From Candidatus Babeliales bacterium (GTDB lineage: Bacteria; Babelota; Babeliae; Babelales; JBFXEV01), in NCBI GenBank assembly GCA_050179755.1, contig JBFXEV010000001.1, forward strand, positions 713,994-777,993: a stretch of 64,000 bases of DNA, written 5' to 3'. Shown in pieces: positions 47,644 through 57,531 of this stretch. The translations under genes and the position numbers were made by a program. The notes below the pieces were generated by a model. It had not been told where the DNA came from. It did no database searches and was given only the letters and a program-made list of their open reading frames with translations. Position 1 is the stretch's first letter. Each line of letters begins with the position of its first letter.

Positions 47644-48378
47644 ATGATAGCTGAGCGTAAAAATCGCCCACAATGTTTAGTGGTAGAGGGTAATATTGGA
47701 GCAGGCAAATCTACGTTTCTAAAAATATTAGAGCGGTCACTTAATGTGCAAGTTGTTTATGAACCGCATCGCAAATGGCAAGAAGTAGATGGTCACGAAA
47801 ATCTGCTTGATTTGTTTTATAAAGATATTAATAGATGGTCGTACACGTTTCAAAGTTATGCATTCGTAACTCGCATAGTAGAGCAAGAAGCATACTTAAA
47901 AAAATGCACACAACCGTTTCAGATTCTTGAACGATCTGTATATTCAGACAGATATTGTTTTGCCAAAAACTGTTTTCAAATGGGTGTTATGAGTTCACTT
48001 GAATGGAAGTTATATCAAGAATGGTTTGCGTGGCTTGTTGATAATTATTCCACTAAGCCAGATGGCTTTATTTATTTGCAAACAGACCCAAGCGTATGTT
48101 ATGACCGTTTACGTAAACGAAACCGTACTGAAGAAGTTGGGGTAACGCCAGAATATTTGAAAATGCTTCATGATAAGCATGAACAATGGTTGATGGAGAA
48201 AAAGGACGTGGCGCCTTATCTTAAAGAATTGCCAGTTTTGGCTCTTTCTTGTAATAATGATTTTGAAGACGATCAAGAAGAGCAACAGCGCCATCTTGAA
48301 AAAATTTGTGAGGCTTTTGGGGTTACTATGTACCAAAAAGCTACTGGCGGTGGGCATGAAATGCAAATATCTTTATAA
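47644..48378 (+). CDS. Deoxynucleoside kinase (dCK/dGK family)
   Basis: VEGNIGAGKST, ERSVYSDR, R.RKRNR.EE lid. Confidence 0.93.
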   Translation: MIAERKNRPQCLVVEGNIGAGKSTFLKILERSLNVQVVYEPHRKWQEVDGHENLLDLFYKDINRWSYTFQSYAFVTRIVEQEAYLKKCTQPFQILERSVYSDRYCFAKNCFQMGVMSSLEWKLYQEWFAWLVDNYSTKPDGFIYLQTDPSVCYDRLRKRNRTEEVGVTPEYLKMLHDKHEQWLMEKKDVAPYLKELPVLALSCNNDFEDDQEEQQRHLEKICEAFGVTMYQKATGGGHEMQISL

Positions 48379-48546
48379 TTTTATTAAAATTTGTGCGTAA
48401 GGGCTTGAACAAAGCCCTTTAATAGGAGTAGACTAAGTAAAGTAAGGATAAGGAAAAGGTTCCTTGCCAGAGCTCGTTTGCGCCTGAATGTTTTTAAGCC
48501 TTCACGCATAAAAAATATAATTATTCAAGTATAAGGGGTATTTATA

Positions 48547-48792
48547 ATGCAAGAAATGGAAATAGCCAAAGCAGCTGCATTTATTGGTGCTGCTCTTGCC
48601 ATGGGCATTGGGGGCTTATCTCCTGCATATGCTCAAGGTCTGGTTGGTGCGCAAGCATGCAAATCTATTGGTAAGTATCCAGAAGGCGCGGATAAAATTC
48701 GTAATGCAATGATACTTTCTCTCAGTATTATTGAGTCTACGGCTGTATATGCCCTTCTTGTTGCTTTGTTGCTGATAATTTTTAACAGATAA
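48547..48792 (+). CDS. atpE: ATP synthase F0 subunit c, with Na+-binding signature
   Basis: Two TM helices; P...Q and ESTAVY. Confidence 0.93.
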   Translation: MQEMEIAKAAAFIGAALAMGIGGLSPAYAQGLVGAQACKSIGKYPEGADKIRNAMILSLSIIESTAVYALLVALLLIIFNR

Positions 48793-48809
48793 CATAAGGT
48801 TGTACGTTC

Positions 48810-49172
48810 ATGTTGAACGGTACGTTCTTCATGCAGATCATACATTTTCTCATTGCCTATGTAATTATAGAGCGGTGGCTATTTCGCCCTGTTGTGCAAG
48901 AGATTCAGCGCGATCATGAAGAAAAAAAACAACTTAAAGAAAAGCTTGATGCACAGACATTGGCGGTAAAGCAGCTTGAGGCCAGTCAACGACAAGTTTG
49001 GTTGTCAGCTCACGAGAGATTTTCAACCATAGAGCCGTCTCTTAAACAGGTAAGTTCGTTTAAAGTTGTTCAACAATTGCCCGATATTCCCGAGCTTGAA
49101 ACTGCTCAAAAACAAGAACTTATTGATCAATGTGTAACTGCCTTAGTGAAAGAAATTGAACATGTTACTTAG
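48810..49172 (+). CDS. ATP synthase F0 subunit b'-like
   Basis: LNGTFFMQIIHF...LFRPV then coiled coil; position after atpE. Confidence 0.8.
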   Translation: MLNGTFFMQIIHFLIAYVIIERWLFRPVVQEIQRDHEEKKQLKEKLDAQTLAVKQLEASQRQVWLSAHERFSTIEPSLKQVSSFKVVQQLPDIPELETAQKQELIDQCVTALVKEIEHVT

Positions 49173-49647
49173 TTCAATGTTCTTTACGCTGATTAATTTT
49201 GGCATTTTTATTGTTCTTTGTGTCTATCTATACCAAAAATATGGCAAACAGCTCCTTTTTGAGCATATGCGTTCTCAAGAAGATGCGGTGCAGATTCTAA
49301 AGCTTGAGGCGGAAGCATTTCATGAAGAAGAGCAACGGCTTAAAAAGCAAATTGTGGAAGAATCACAGTTAATTGAAACTCTTCAAGAAAAAGTTGCGCG
49401 GTGGCGTGCTGCCACTGATGCGGCACTTGATAATGAGCGCAAAGCACAAGCTGCTATTCAAATTCAACTTAAAAAAAAGGCGCAGCAGCAAGGTGATTGG
49501 TATGCAAAATATACGCTCGCGCAGCGCATATTGCCCGAAGTAATTCAAAAAACACATGATCAGCTTGTTCACGTTTTTGATCCTTTGTATAAGAAACAAG
49601 AATATACCGAGCATATCGTACATTTTCTTGAAAAGAGTAAGCAATGA
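49156..49647 (+). CDS. atpF: ATP synthase F0 subunit b
   Basis: LINFGIF TM followed by coiled coil; synteny. Confidence 0.75.
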   Translation: MNMLLSSMFFTLINFGIFIVLCVYLYQKYGKQLLFEHMRSQEDAVQILKLEAEAFHEEEQRLKKQIVEESQLIETLQEKVARWRAATDAALDNERKAQAAIQIQLKKKAQQQGDWYAKYTLAQRILPEVIQKTHDQLVHVFDPLYKKQEYTEHIVHFLEKSKQ

Positions 49648-50183
49648 ATGGTGAACTGATACTAAGTAGGCGCTATGCGACCGCGTATGTAAATGTGTAT
49701 GGTGCGCAGCTTGATCTTGGCATAAGTGATCGCTTAGAGAAAGCTGCTGAATTTTTACAGAATACTCCTGCAGCACAGTTGGTTTTAAAACTATCTACAC
49801 TACAATCTTCGGTGCTCAAAAAAGCTTTAGAACAACTATGTACCAAGTTTACTATTCCTCTGTCACTATTGGATTTGGTGGCTCTTTTAATTGAGCATAA
49901 CAGGCTGTCTTTATTGGTAGGTATTCTTTATCAAATTGCAGACATTTATAAAGCACGTAAGGGAATTCAAACATTCCAGTTTATAAGCCCCTTGCCTCTT
50001 GATGCGCATACGAGAGAGCGCATTGCGTTGTTTTTGAAAAATAGCTCTTTTAACACTATTGTATATACCGAAAAGATAGATCCCTCATTGATTGCTGGTA
50101 TTCGTTTACAAAGTGATACGCTCCTTTGGGAATATTCCATAAAGAAACAGCTTAATCAATTACAACATAATTTTACTCTGTAA
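49644..50183 (+). CDS. atpH: ATP synthase F1 subunit delta
   Basis: RRYATA, IDPSLIAGIRL. Confidence 0.88.
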   Translation: MNGELILSRRYATAYVNVYGAQLDLGISDRLEKAAEFLQNTPAAQLVLKLSTLQSSVLKKALEQLCTKFTIPLSLLDLVALLIEHNRLSLLVGILYQIADIYKARKGIQTFQFISPLPLDAHTRERIALFLKNSSFNTIVYTEKIDPSLIAGIRLQSDTLLWEYSIKKQLNQLQHNFTL

Positions 50184-50193
50184 GGAACAAGGC

Positions 50194-51693
50194 ATGGAGG
50201 TAAAAAACAGTGATTTAGTATCACTTTTTGAAAAATCACTCGGTGGTTTACAAGATCAAAAACTTGATGAAATTGGTATTGTCATTCAAGTTGGTGACGG
50301 TATTTGCCGTGTACATGGGCTTACAAACGCAGTTTATGGTGAACTTATTACGTTTGAAGGCGGCAATAGAGGTATAGTATTTAATTTAGATGAAGATTTT
50401 GTTGCTATATTCTTGCTTAATCGGTCAATTCCGGTAGTTGAACATGAAGTGGCAAAACGCACGGGTGGCGTTTTTAAAACACCAGTAGGTATGAAGTTGC
50501 TTGGCCGTGTACTTAACCCTTTAGGGGAACCACTTGATGCGCTTGGTGCATTAGAGCCTGCTGAATATCGGCCGGTAGAAGCGCAGGCGCCTGGCGTAAT
50601 AGAGCGCAGCCCGGTGGATGAATCTTTAGAAACAGGCGTTATGGTTATTGACGCATTGATTCCTATTGGTAAAGGTCAACGTGAACTTCTTATAGGTAAC
50701 CGTAATACCGGTAAAACGGTGATTGCACTTGATACTATTTTGCATCAAAAAGGCAAAGACGTGTTGTGCATTTATGTGTCTATTGGCCAGCGTCAAGCAA
50801 ATCTTGCGCGCTTTGTGCACACTTTGGAAGAACGTGGCGCACTTGAATATACCGTTGTTGTTGCTGCCGATTCATCAGAAGCGGTACTTAGCCAATTTTT
50901 AGCACCCTATGTGGGATGTACCATTGCCGAATATTTCCGCGATCAAGGTAAAGACGTGCTCATAGTATATGACGATCTGAGCAGCCATGCCATTGCGTAT
51001 CGTGAAATGTCACTGTTATTGCGCCGTGCACCAGGGCGAGAAGCATACCCTGGCGACGTCTTTTATTTACATTCGCGCTTACTTGAACGCGCGGGTAAAT
51101 TGGCAAAAGGAGGTTCTATCACAGCACTGCCTATTGTGCAAGTGCAAAGTGACGATATTACTGCCTATATTCCTACCAATTTAATTTCCATTACTGATGG
51201 CCAAATATTTTTGGATACTAAACTGTTTAATACAGGGATACGCCCTGCAGTTAACATTGAACTTTCAGTCTCTCGCGTGGGCGGTGCTGCACAAACGAAA
51301 GCTATTAAAAGTGTAACCAAAGCGCTTCGATTGGAACTTGCACAGTATCACGAACTCTTGGATTTCTCTCAGTTTGGTACCGAGCTTGATGTGGTGGCCC
51401 AACGCAGACTCGCTCGCGGCCGTCTTGCCATTGAGCTTTTAAAGCAGCCACAATTTGTGGGGTATAACTTTGTGGATCAAACGCTTATGCTCTTTTTATT
51501 GCAGGAAAATTACCTTGATAAGCTCAAACCTGAAAACGTATATACTTTTGCACGCCAATATGTCAGCTATGTAAAATCTGTCTATCAAGACGTGTATGAT
51601 GCTATTTTTGAAAGTCAAAATTTAACTGAGTCTGATCGTAAAAAGCTCAGAGAAATTGCCACAGAATTCAATAAAGTTTTTGTGCCGAAGTAA
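50194..51693 (+). CDS. atpA: ATP synthase F1 subunit alpha
   Basis: VGDGI, GKGQRELLIG..TGKT, PGREAYPGDVFYLHSRLLER. Confidence 0.98.
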   Translation: MEVKNSDLVSLFEKSLGGLQDQKLDEIGIVIQVGDGICRVHGLTNAVYGELITFEGGNRGIVFNLDEDFVAIFLLNRSIPVVEHEVAKRTGGVFKTPVGMKLLGRVLNPLGEPLDALGALEPAEYRPVEAQAPGVIERSPVDESLETGVMVIDALIPIGKGQRELLIGNRNTGKTVIALDTILHQKGKDVLCIYVSIGQRQANLARFVHTLEERGALEYTVVVAADSSEAVLSQFLAPYVGCTIAEYFRDQGKDVLIVYDDLSSHAIAYREMSLLLRRAPGREAYPGDVFYLHSRLLERAGKLAKGGSITALPIVQVQSDDITAYIPTNLISITDGQIFLDTKLFNTGIRPAVNIELSVSRVGGAAQTKAIKSVTKALRLELAQYHELLDFSQFGTELDVVAQRRLARGRLAIELLKQPQFVGYNFVDQTLMLFLLQENYLDKLKPENVYTFARQYVSYVKSVYQDVYDAIFESQNLTESDRKKLREIATEFNKVFVPK

Positions 51694-51704
51694 GTTACAA
51701 AACT

Positions 51705-51793
51705 GCTCACCCTTTTCTTGATACACATTGCTTCGCAATTCACTTGAGATGAGCGGTATCGACCTAGCCCGGCGTAGCTTTAGTGAAGACGGG
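51705..51793. repeat. Two adjacent REP-like repeats
   Basis: TTGATACAC..CTTCG..CACTTGAGATGAGCGG and GCCCGGCGTAGCTTTAGTGAAGACGGG. Confidence 0.6.
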
Positions 51794-51855
51794 AGGGTTT
51801 TTGGGTGGTGTAAAATTGTGATTTCATTAAAGATCAGGTACAATAATACTCTCAG

Positions 51856-51932
51856 GTGCCCGTAGCTCAGCTGGATAGAGCGACTGACTTCTAATCAGTA
51901 GGTCGAAGGTTCAAGTCCTTCCGGGCACACCA
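51856..51932 (+). tRNA. tRNA-Arg (TCT)
   Basis: GTGCCCG/CGGGCAC acceptor stem, anticodon loop CTTCTAA, GTTCAAG T-loop, encoded CCA. Confidence 0.97.
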
Positions 51933-52074
51933 GCCTAGGCTAAAGCTACGGCTGGCACGGCCAGTCTCTTTAATGGATCTAACTTAATAATTACAATAAC
52001 ATTCGTTACCGATAGCGAAGTATGCCCTTCGTCCTTCGACAGGCTCAGGATGAGCGGGTTTAGCGTAGTAGGGC
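51933..52074. repeat. REP-like repeats downstream of the tRNA
   Basis: GCCTAGGCTAAAGCTACGGC (51933) and GCGAAGTATGCCC[..CCTTCGACAGGCTCAGGATGAGCGG..]TTTAGCGTAGTAGGGC (52015-52074). Confidence 0.6.
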
Positions 52075-52501
52075 AGTCTGTTACATTTGCCAAAGCCCTC
52101 CAGCAAAAGTTTGTTACTGATGGGGTATATAATCGTAGAAATCGTTAATCACGCCGAGCAAATGACTGGCAGTCCATTCTTTAAAGGGAATAATGCACCT
52201 ATTAATTCCTTTAAAGAATCTAAAAATTAGTTCAAGTCGTGCACGTATGGTAATTCACTTTTTATAGATTACTAATTAACTAAATTTTATAGTTTTCTTA
52301 ATTTCTTTACACAAATTTTTATTATGGCATCCTAATTTTGTTATTGAGAGAGTACAAAATTTTTATAAAAGGAGTAGACCAAAACATTTCATGGAGCACT
52401 TCACCTTTTTCTCGCGCAACTTAGCATAGATGTCTCCATATAAGAAATTATGCGCAAATAATAAGAAGTAGATACTATTTTTTAACGTTAAAGGTTGTCA
52501 A

Positions 52502-53947
52502 ATGAAGATGATAAGACAAATAAGTATTGCCCTTGTGTGGTGCAGTTTATTAAGTAGCATTGCAGTAGTTGCAAATCAAGTAAAAAGCACTGTTGATATG
52601 TCATATGAAGATATGGATGTTATTGAAAAAGGACATCATCATAAAAATCTGTTTTGTTTTCCTGTTCCAAAAGACGATTCAGCTCGTATGATAGAATCTG
52701 GGTACGGCGTGGACCCTAAAGGCCATTCACTTGTTGGCAAAAATGTACTCATTATAGGTGGTTCACGCGGCATTGGCCGAGCTACGGCATTTGCTTTTGA
52801 GGCTGCTGGCGCTAATGTTATTTGTACATCTCGCCATCCACAATGCTATTTGAATCCTGCCTGCTACACTGATCCATCATGTACTGGTGATCAATGCAGC
52901 AACACGCAAAATGGCGTTCCCGCATCTCCTGGGTTAAGCGCAGTTCCTCTTGAGCTTGCAAGCGAGGAGTCAATTGAGAATTTCTTTAGATGTGCTATTT
53001 TGCCTGTATGGGATCATATTGACATTTTAGTTTTAGGCGGTCTTAAATTAGAATTTGGCAGTATTATTAATTCAAAGGCAAGTGATCTTTTTGAGTTCTT
53101 AAATGTGCAGCTTTTAGGCTTTCAGCGCGTGGTAAATCATGCAACAAAACTGATCGCAGACATAAAACATTCTCGTATAATAGTACTTACTTCAGCAGCA
53201 TCTATTGTGCCTATACCATTCTTTGGTGCCGGCTATACTTTAGCAAAAGCTGCGCTTGTGCGATGGGTTATACAATGGAACTTTGAGAGGCTTCTGTTTA
53301 AAGAATTGAGTGGCGGCAAGTCATACTATAAGACAGTTGCTATTTCAATGGAAGGTTCATTTACTCAAGGTGATAGTCAAAATACTTTGCCCGTAACTTA
53401 TGAAAGTGGTGTTTGTTGTTCATGGGATCCATCAAGTAATGCAGCAACACTTGGTATAGTAGCAAATGAATTAAATACATCTCTCAACGGTATGCCAGCT
53501 TCTCGCGCAGCTGAAGCTATTCTTTGGATGGCATCAACAAGGCATCCTGAATGGCGTTATGGTGTATTTGGAGAAGATGAAACATTCTGTGTTGATCCTA
53601 AATGTAAACCGATTTCAGCACGCAATTTTTCTTCAAAATTCAATGCTTATAAGGTAAAACAACCTGTGACTGAATGGATCAAATCACGTCCATGGATCAC
53701 TATTGCAAAACATCCATTTGAGTCAACATGGTATGATTGTGTTGCGCCAACTGATCAAAAACCAGCAATCAAACTCCCTAGATTGCTTGATAATGCTTGT
53801 TGCCCAGATCCTGAAAGACAAACTCGAAGACACACACGTTTTGAGTATGTTGAAGACTTGGTATGTAATCCATGTAAACGTTTACCATATGATACTGACT
53901 TTACTTCATATTTCGGAACGCCATGTCCAATAGAAGACTGTGCGTAA
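52502..53947 (+). CDS. Secreted, Cys-rich short-chain dehydrogenase/reductase
   Basis: Signal peptide; IGGSRGIG, TSRHP, catalytic S and YTLAK. Confidence 0.85.
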   Translation: MKMIRQISIALVWCSLLSSIAVVANQVKSTVDMSYEDMDVIEKGHHHKNLFCFPVPKDDSARMIESGYGVDPKGHSLVGKNVLIIGGSRGIGRATAFAFEAAGANVICTSRHPQCYLNPACYTDPSCTGDQCSNTQNGVPASPGLSAVPLELASEESIENFFRCAILPVWDHIDILVLGGLKLEFGSIINSKASDLFEFLNVQLLGFQRVVNHATKLIADIKHSRIIVLTSAASIVPIPFFGAGYTLAKAALVRWVIQWNFERLLFKELSGGKSYYKTVAISMEGSFTQGDSQNTLPVTYESGVCCSWDPSSNAATLGIVANELNTSLNGMPASRAAEAILWMASTRHPEWRYGVFGEDETFCVDPKCKPISARNFSSKFNAYKVKQPVTEWIKSRPWITIAKHPFESTWYDCVAPTDQKPAIKLPRLLDNACCPDPERQTRRHTRFEYVEDLVCNPCKRLPYDTDFTSYFGTPCPIEDCA

Positions 53948-53967
53948 CAATCGTTAGATAATAACTT

Positions 53968-54004
53968 AAGGGAGCCACTTACAAATTGTAGGTGGCTCCC
54001 TTTT
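53968..54004 (+). terminator. Intrinsic terminator
   Basis: AAGGGAGCCACTTACAA / TTGTAGGTGGCTCCCTT plus TT. Confidence 0.8.
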
Positions 54005-54280
54005 AATGTTTTGCTAAAAGCAACATCCTTCTATGCCTGTGAGAAAAATTCTAAATTTCATATTCTTAGAGGTGCGCCTTACTCAGGCATTTTCTCTCAT
54101 ACTACCTGATTACTATTTAAAGAATTTCTATGCACAAGCTCTAACTCTCGCTTAAAACCCCACGCTGCGCCAATTGTACGTAAAATATTTTAATACTTGT
54201 TTTCTCTCTTTTTTATTTGCTATATTGGTGACAGTATTTTAAAAAGTGCTATCAGTTTATTTTATAAAGAAGGGTCAAAA

Positions 54281-55666
54281 ATGAAGTTTTTTAATACACT
54301 TTTATTTGTTGTATTATGCAACGCATTATATGCAAATACTTTTGCAGAAGATGTTGTGCGTAGTAAAGATAGTTCATGCACCTCATGTAATAATGCTTTT
54401 GCACAATGCTGTGCAGATCTTCCTCAGCCACCTAAAGATACGCCGGTTCCGTTAGAAGGGCAAAATTGCATTTGCTGCTTTGAAAGCCGTGATTTGCCAT
54501 CAGGCAGCCGTAACCTTAATGAAAATAAGGCTTGCCAAGGTTATGATGCAATGTGTAAATCGTTTTGTAAACGACTTAAATATCCTGGCATTGAGTTTCC
54601 CGAGGAACTCACCTATACATTAAGTCCAACCTTTACGGTTCCTGATTGTCAAAAAATTGTAAATCCACCGGTGGTCCCTGATGATATTAAACTTTCTCTC
54701 AGAGGAAAACACGTACTTGTTATTGGTGGTTCAAAAGGTATTGGCAAAGCTATTGCAAAAATGTTCAGTTCTCCAGAAGTTGGGGCTAAGGTAATTGCAA
54801 CATCACGCCATCCAGAGTGTTATAAAAAACCGCACCGTTATAAATTATTGCAGCTTGATGTGCGGTTTGATGATGAAGTTGCGGTATTTATTAAGCATGT
54901 TGCAAAACACTATTTCCATAGAAAGATAGACATTGTTGTCAATTGCGCTGGCATAAAGTGGACTGGGCCAATGGCTGAGGCAACCGGTGATGACTTGGTG
55001 AATATCTTTAATAATAACGTGGCAGGTTATCAACGTGTAGTGCATAATGCGCTTCCGTATATGCGCCACTCTAATGAAACGCGCATGATTTCATTTGGTT
55101 CTATGCAATCGTATGTTTACTACGGTTATATTGGCGATGGTTATGCTATAACTAAGCGTGCCTTGCAGCAATGGAATGATACGTTACAAGTAGAAGAGAT
55201 GCTTAAAAAAGCACAAGGTATTGAGAAATTTGGGCCTATGTTCACGTTAATGGAGCCATATTTTATTAATACTTCTATTGGTTTATATGAGTTTTATAAG
55301 CCAAGTGAGTTGAGTGTAGATGATCCACTTGTGCTTGGTGCTCGATTCCAAGCTGCCGTGCCACAAAATATAGATGGCAATGACGTTTCATTCGCTGCAG
55401 AATATACCCGTCGTGTGGCAGAAGCGCCACAGCCAGGAGTGCGCTATGCCGTGGTAGATCCAGCGAGCATGATTGAACTTCCGGGTGTTGGGCTCGTTCC
55501 TGTGTTGACAGCCATTCAAGCGGCAAATGCTATACCACAAGACGACCTGGTACAACTCTTTGCTGCAATTGGTGCTCAACTTATTGATGGTGTGCAAGCA
55601 TCCAAAGATTTGGTTACTGAGGCCTTCTGTAAGAGCTGCAAGCATCATTGCCATAAATCAGAATAA
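54281..55666 (+). CDS. Secreted, Cys-rich short-chain dehydrogenase/reductase (paralog)
   Basis: Signal peptide from ATG 54281; IGGSKGIG, TSRHP, NCAG, YAITK. Confidence 0.87.
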   Translation: MKFFNTLLFVVLCNALYANTFAEDVVRSKDSSCTSCNNAFAQCCADLPQPPKDTPVPLEGQNCICCFESRDLPSGSRNLNENKACQGYDAMCKSFCKRLKYPGIEFPEELTYTLSPTFTVPDCQKIVNPPVVPDDIKLSLRGKHVLVIGGSKGIGKAIAKMFSSPEVGAKVIATSRHPECYKKPHRYKLLQLDVRFDDEVAVFIKHVAKHYFHRKIDIVVNCAGIKWTGPMAEATGDDLVNIFNNNVAGYQRVVHNALPYMRHSNETRMISFGSMQSYVYYGYIGDGYAITKRALQQWNDTLQVEEMLKKAQGIEKFGPMFTLMEPYFINTSIGLYEFYKPSELSVDDPLVLGARFQAAVPQNIDGNDVSFAAEYTRRVAEAPQPGVRYAVVDPASMIELPGVGLVPVLTAIQAANAIPQDDLVQLFAAIGAQLIDGVQASKDLVTEAFCKSCKHHCHKSE

Positions 55667-55693
55667 CAGGTTGTTTAGTTTTATGTAATTAGG

Positions 55694-55742
55694 CGTTCCG
55701 GTTTTAGATAGTATAATTACTATGCTAAAACCGGAACGTCTT
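55694..55742. terminator. Long hairpin between convergent genes
   Basis: CGTTCCGGTTTTAG / CTAAAACCGGAACG. Confidence 0.7.
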
Positions 55743-56681
55743 TTAATTATTTTTTTGTAAAGCTTCATATGCCGTCAATAGATCACGTACTGCTTTTACG
55801 TTACTTATGCGTTCTTGAATCAAAGGAGCAAAAGTTCCATGTTGTTGTGATCTGAGCCAGCATAATACGCGGTGTGCAGACATACTACTTTGTGATGCAG
55901 GAACAAGATCTGCTTCTAGTTCATGTAGTTCATGTAAAGCGGTACTTGCTTTTTGTACAGCACGCAGGGGGGTTTTTCTTAATTTCATTATTTCTTTTAA
56001 AAAGTACCATTCAGTAGTATGTTCACAATGAATATGCCCTGCAATATTGCGCGCCAGACAACCAAATTTACTGGCATTATCAAGTTGATAAAACAAACTA
56101 CCTATACTAAGCTCAGGTCGAGCACTATATATATTATTTTCAGGGCGTGCTAATTGCAAAGCCCCATTAATGGTATATACCATATATTTTAGTGGTCTAT
56201 CATACATCGCATCAAATGGGCCTTCTGGCTCAAAAAAAATCGAAAAATTTGTAATGACATTGTATATTTTGCAAATTTCATTAATCTCTGGAAAGTATTC
56301 ATGCATTTCGTCTTGATAATCATTTTGCTTAGATACAATTGTTTGCTGAGCAGTTTGTGCATCTCGCTCTTTGACAATTTTTGTGCATGCTATGATATCG
56401 TGTATATCGTGTAGTGGTAATTGAGTTTGCTGGGCAATAGCATTAAATGTATGGGCACGTGCACTATCTAATTGTGCTGAGATAAATGAGGATATTGATA
56501 TTCCCTGAGTATAAAACTGTTTTGCAAGTGCTTGTTTTGGCAGTCGAGTGAGCAACAAGACTGGAGGCCAAGGTGTTTGTGGGGTAGACATGCTAAGCAA
56601 ACGTGATCTTTTCATTGCATCTATATGAGATGATGCAAACAAACATAAGATCATTAAAAAGGCTACAAAAAAGTATTTCAT
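55743..56681 (-). CDS. Secreted hypothetical protein, possibly a degenerate M48 peptidase
   Basis: Signal peptide; LARNIAGHI...H and ELEAD. Confidence 0.6.
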   Translation of the reverse strand: MKYFFVAFLMILCLFASSHIDAMKRSRLLSMSTPQTPWPPVLLLTRLPKQALAKQFYTQGISISSFISAQLDSARAHTFNAIAQQTQLPLHDIHDIIACTKIVKERDAQTAQQTIVSKQNDYQDEMHEYFPEINEICKIYNVITNFSIFFEPEGPFDAMYDRPLKYMVYTINGALQLARPENNIYSARPELSIGSLFYQLDNASKFGCLARNIAGHIHCEHTTEWYFLKEIMKLRKTPLRAVQKASTALHELHELEADLVPASQSSMSAHRVLCWLRSQQHGTFAPLIQERISNVKAVRDLLTAYEALQKNN

Positions 56682-57409
56682 TGATTACTCGGTATAGGTG
56701 TAAGTAATGCTGCAATTTGCATATAACCATTGTTCTTTGCAATAGTGTACGCTTGTTGACGTGCAATCGCATAGAGATTTTTTAACGGAACTTTCAGGCG
56801 CCTGTAAAGCAAAGAGTGTTCAGCTTGTGCTGAGAGAGTAGCTACTTCAATATGTGGCACGTACTGTTCTTGTTCGCGGTTATTAGTATACATTGTGTGA
56901 CACGCAAGTTGTTCAAGTGTATTGTCAGGCTGTGTCATCTGTAATATTTCTCTAAAAAAGGCAAGACACTTACAAGCCTTTCTTGATGCAGCAATATCAA
57001 GCAGTGTAGCATTTTCTCGTTCATTAATAATATGCTGAGTAATAAATAATAAACGTGTTGACTGATTTAAGTATAACCATTTGAATCTTTCAAGATTATC
57101 TTCATATACTGCTTTAACGATAGGTTCAACTTCTAATGCAATAACATTAACAACCAAGAAAGCTGTGTACGTACGTTGTTGAGTTCTTGCACTCGTAGAT
57201 TCTTGCCAAGAAATCATTGGAACATGCCGTATGAGAGTTTCTGTTTGCTGATATGGTGTTGGAATCTCGTTCCAATCAATCACAACTGTTTTCTCGCGCT
57301 GTAAATGGGATGGTAGAGTATTCTCAGCGTCAGTGCGTTTCATCGCTGCAAGAGGGCATGGCAAGTAAAGAATGCTGAATAGCATGATGATAAAGGGCTG
57401 CTGGTGCAT
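56678..57409 (-). CDS. Secreted protein with degenerate ankyrin-like repeats
   Basis: Signal peptide; TLLDIAA, AKNNGYMQIAALL. Confidence 0.6.
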   Translation of the reverse strand: MHQQPFIIMLFSILYLPCPLAAMKRTDAENTLPSHLQREKTVVIDWNEIPTPYQQTETLIRHVPMISWQESTSARTQQRTYTAFLVVNVIALEVEPIVKAVYEDNLERFKWLYLNQSTRLLFITQHIINERENATLLDIAASRKACKCLAFFREILQMTQPDNTLEQLACHTMYTNNREQEQYVPHIEVATLSAQAEHSLLYRRLKVPLKNLYAIARQQAYTIAKNNGYMQIAALLTPIPSNQ

Positions 57410-57531
57410 GGTGTGCTTTCAGAGATTACATAATGTTTACACTATTAATTATGCAAAAACTACTGAAATTGTCCATAATACCAAGCCGGTTCCGTTCTTT
57501 TGCTCTATTTATTGAGTAGATTATTAAATAT

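Noticed and set aside
47417..47671. 85-aa N-terminal extension of the 620-aa ORF
   Set aside because: Spans the divergent promoter region and overlaps dNK; the signal peptide starts at 47416/47428
52075..52125. GIY-YIG nuclease remnant (VCYICQS...) after the REP
   Set aside because: Too short and degenerate to support
51856..55666. tRNA-anchored integrated island carrying the SDR genes
   Set aside because: No integrase and no duplicated tRNA 3' end seen in the window
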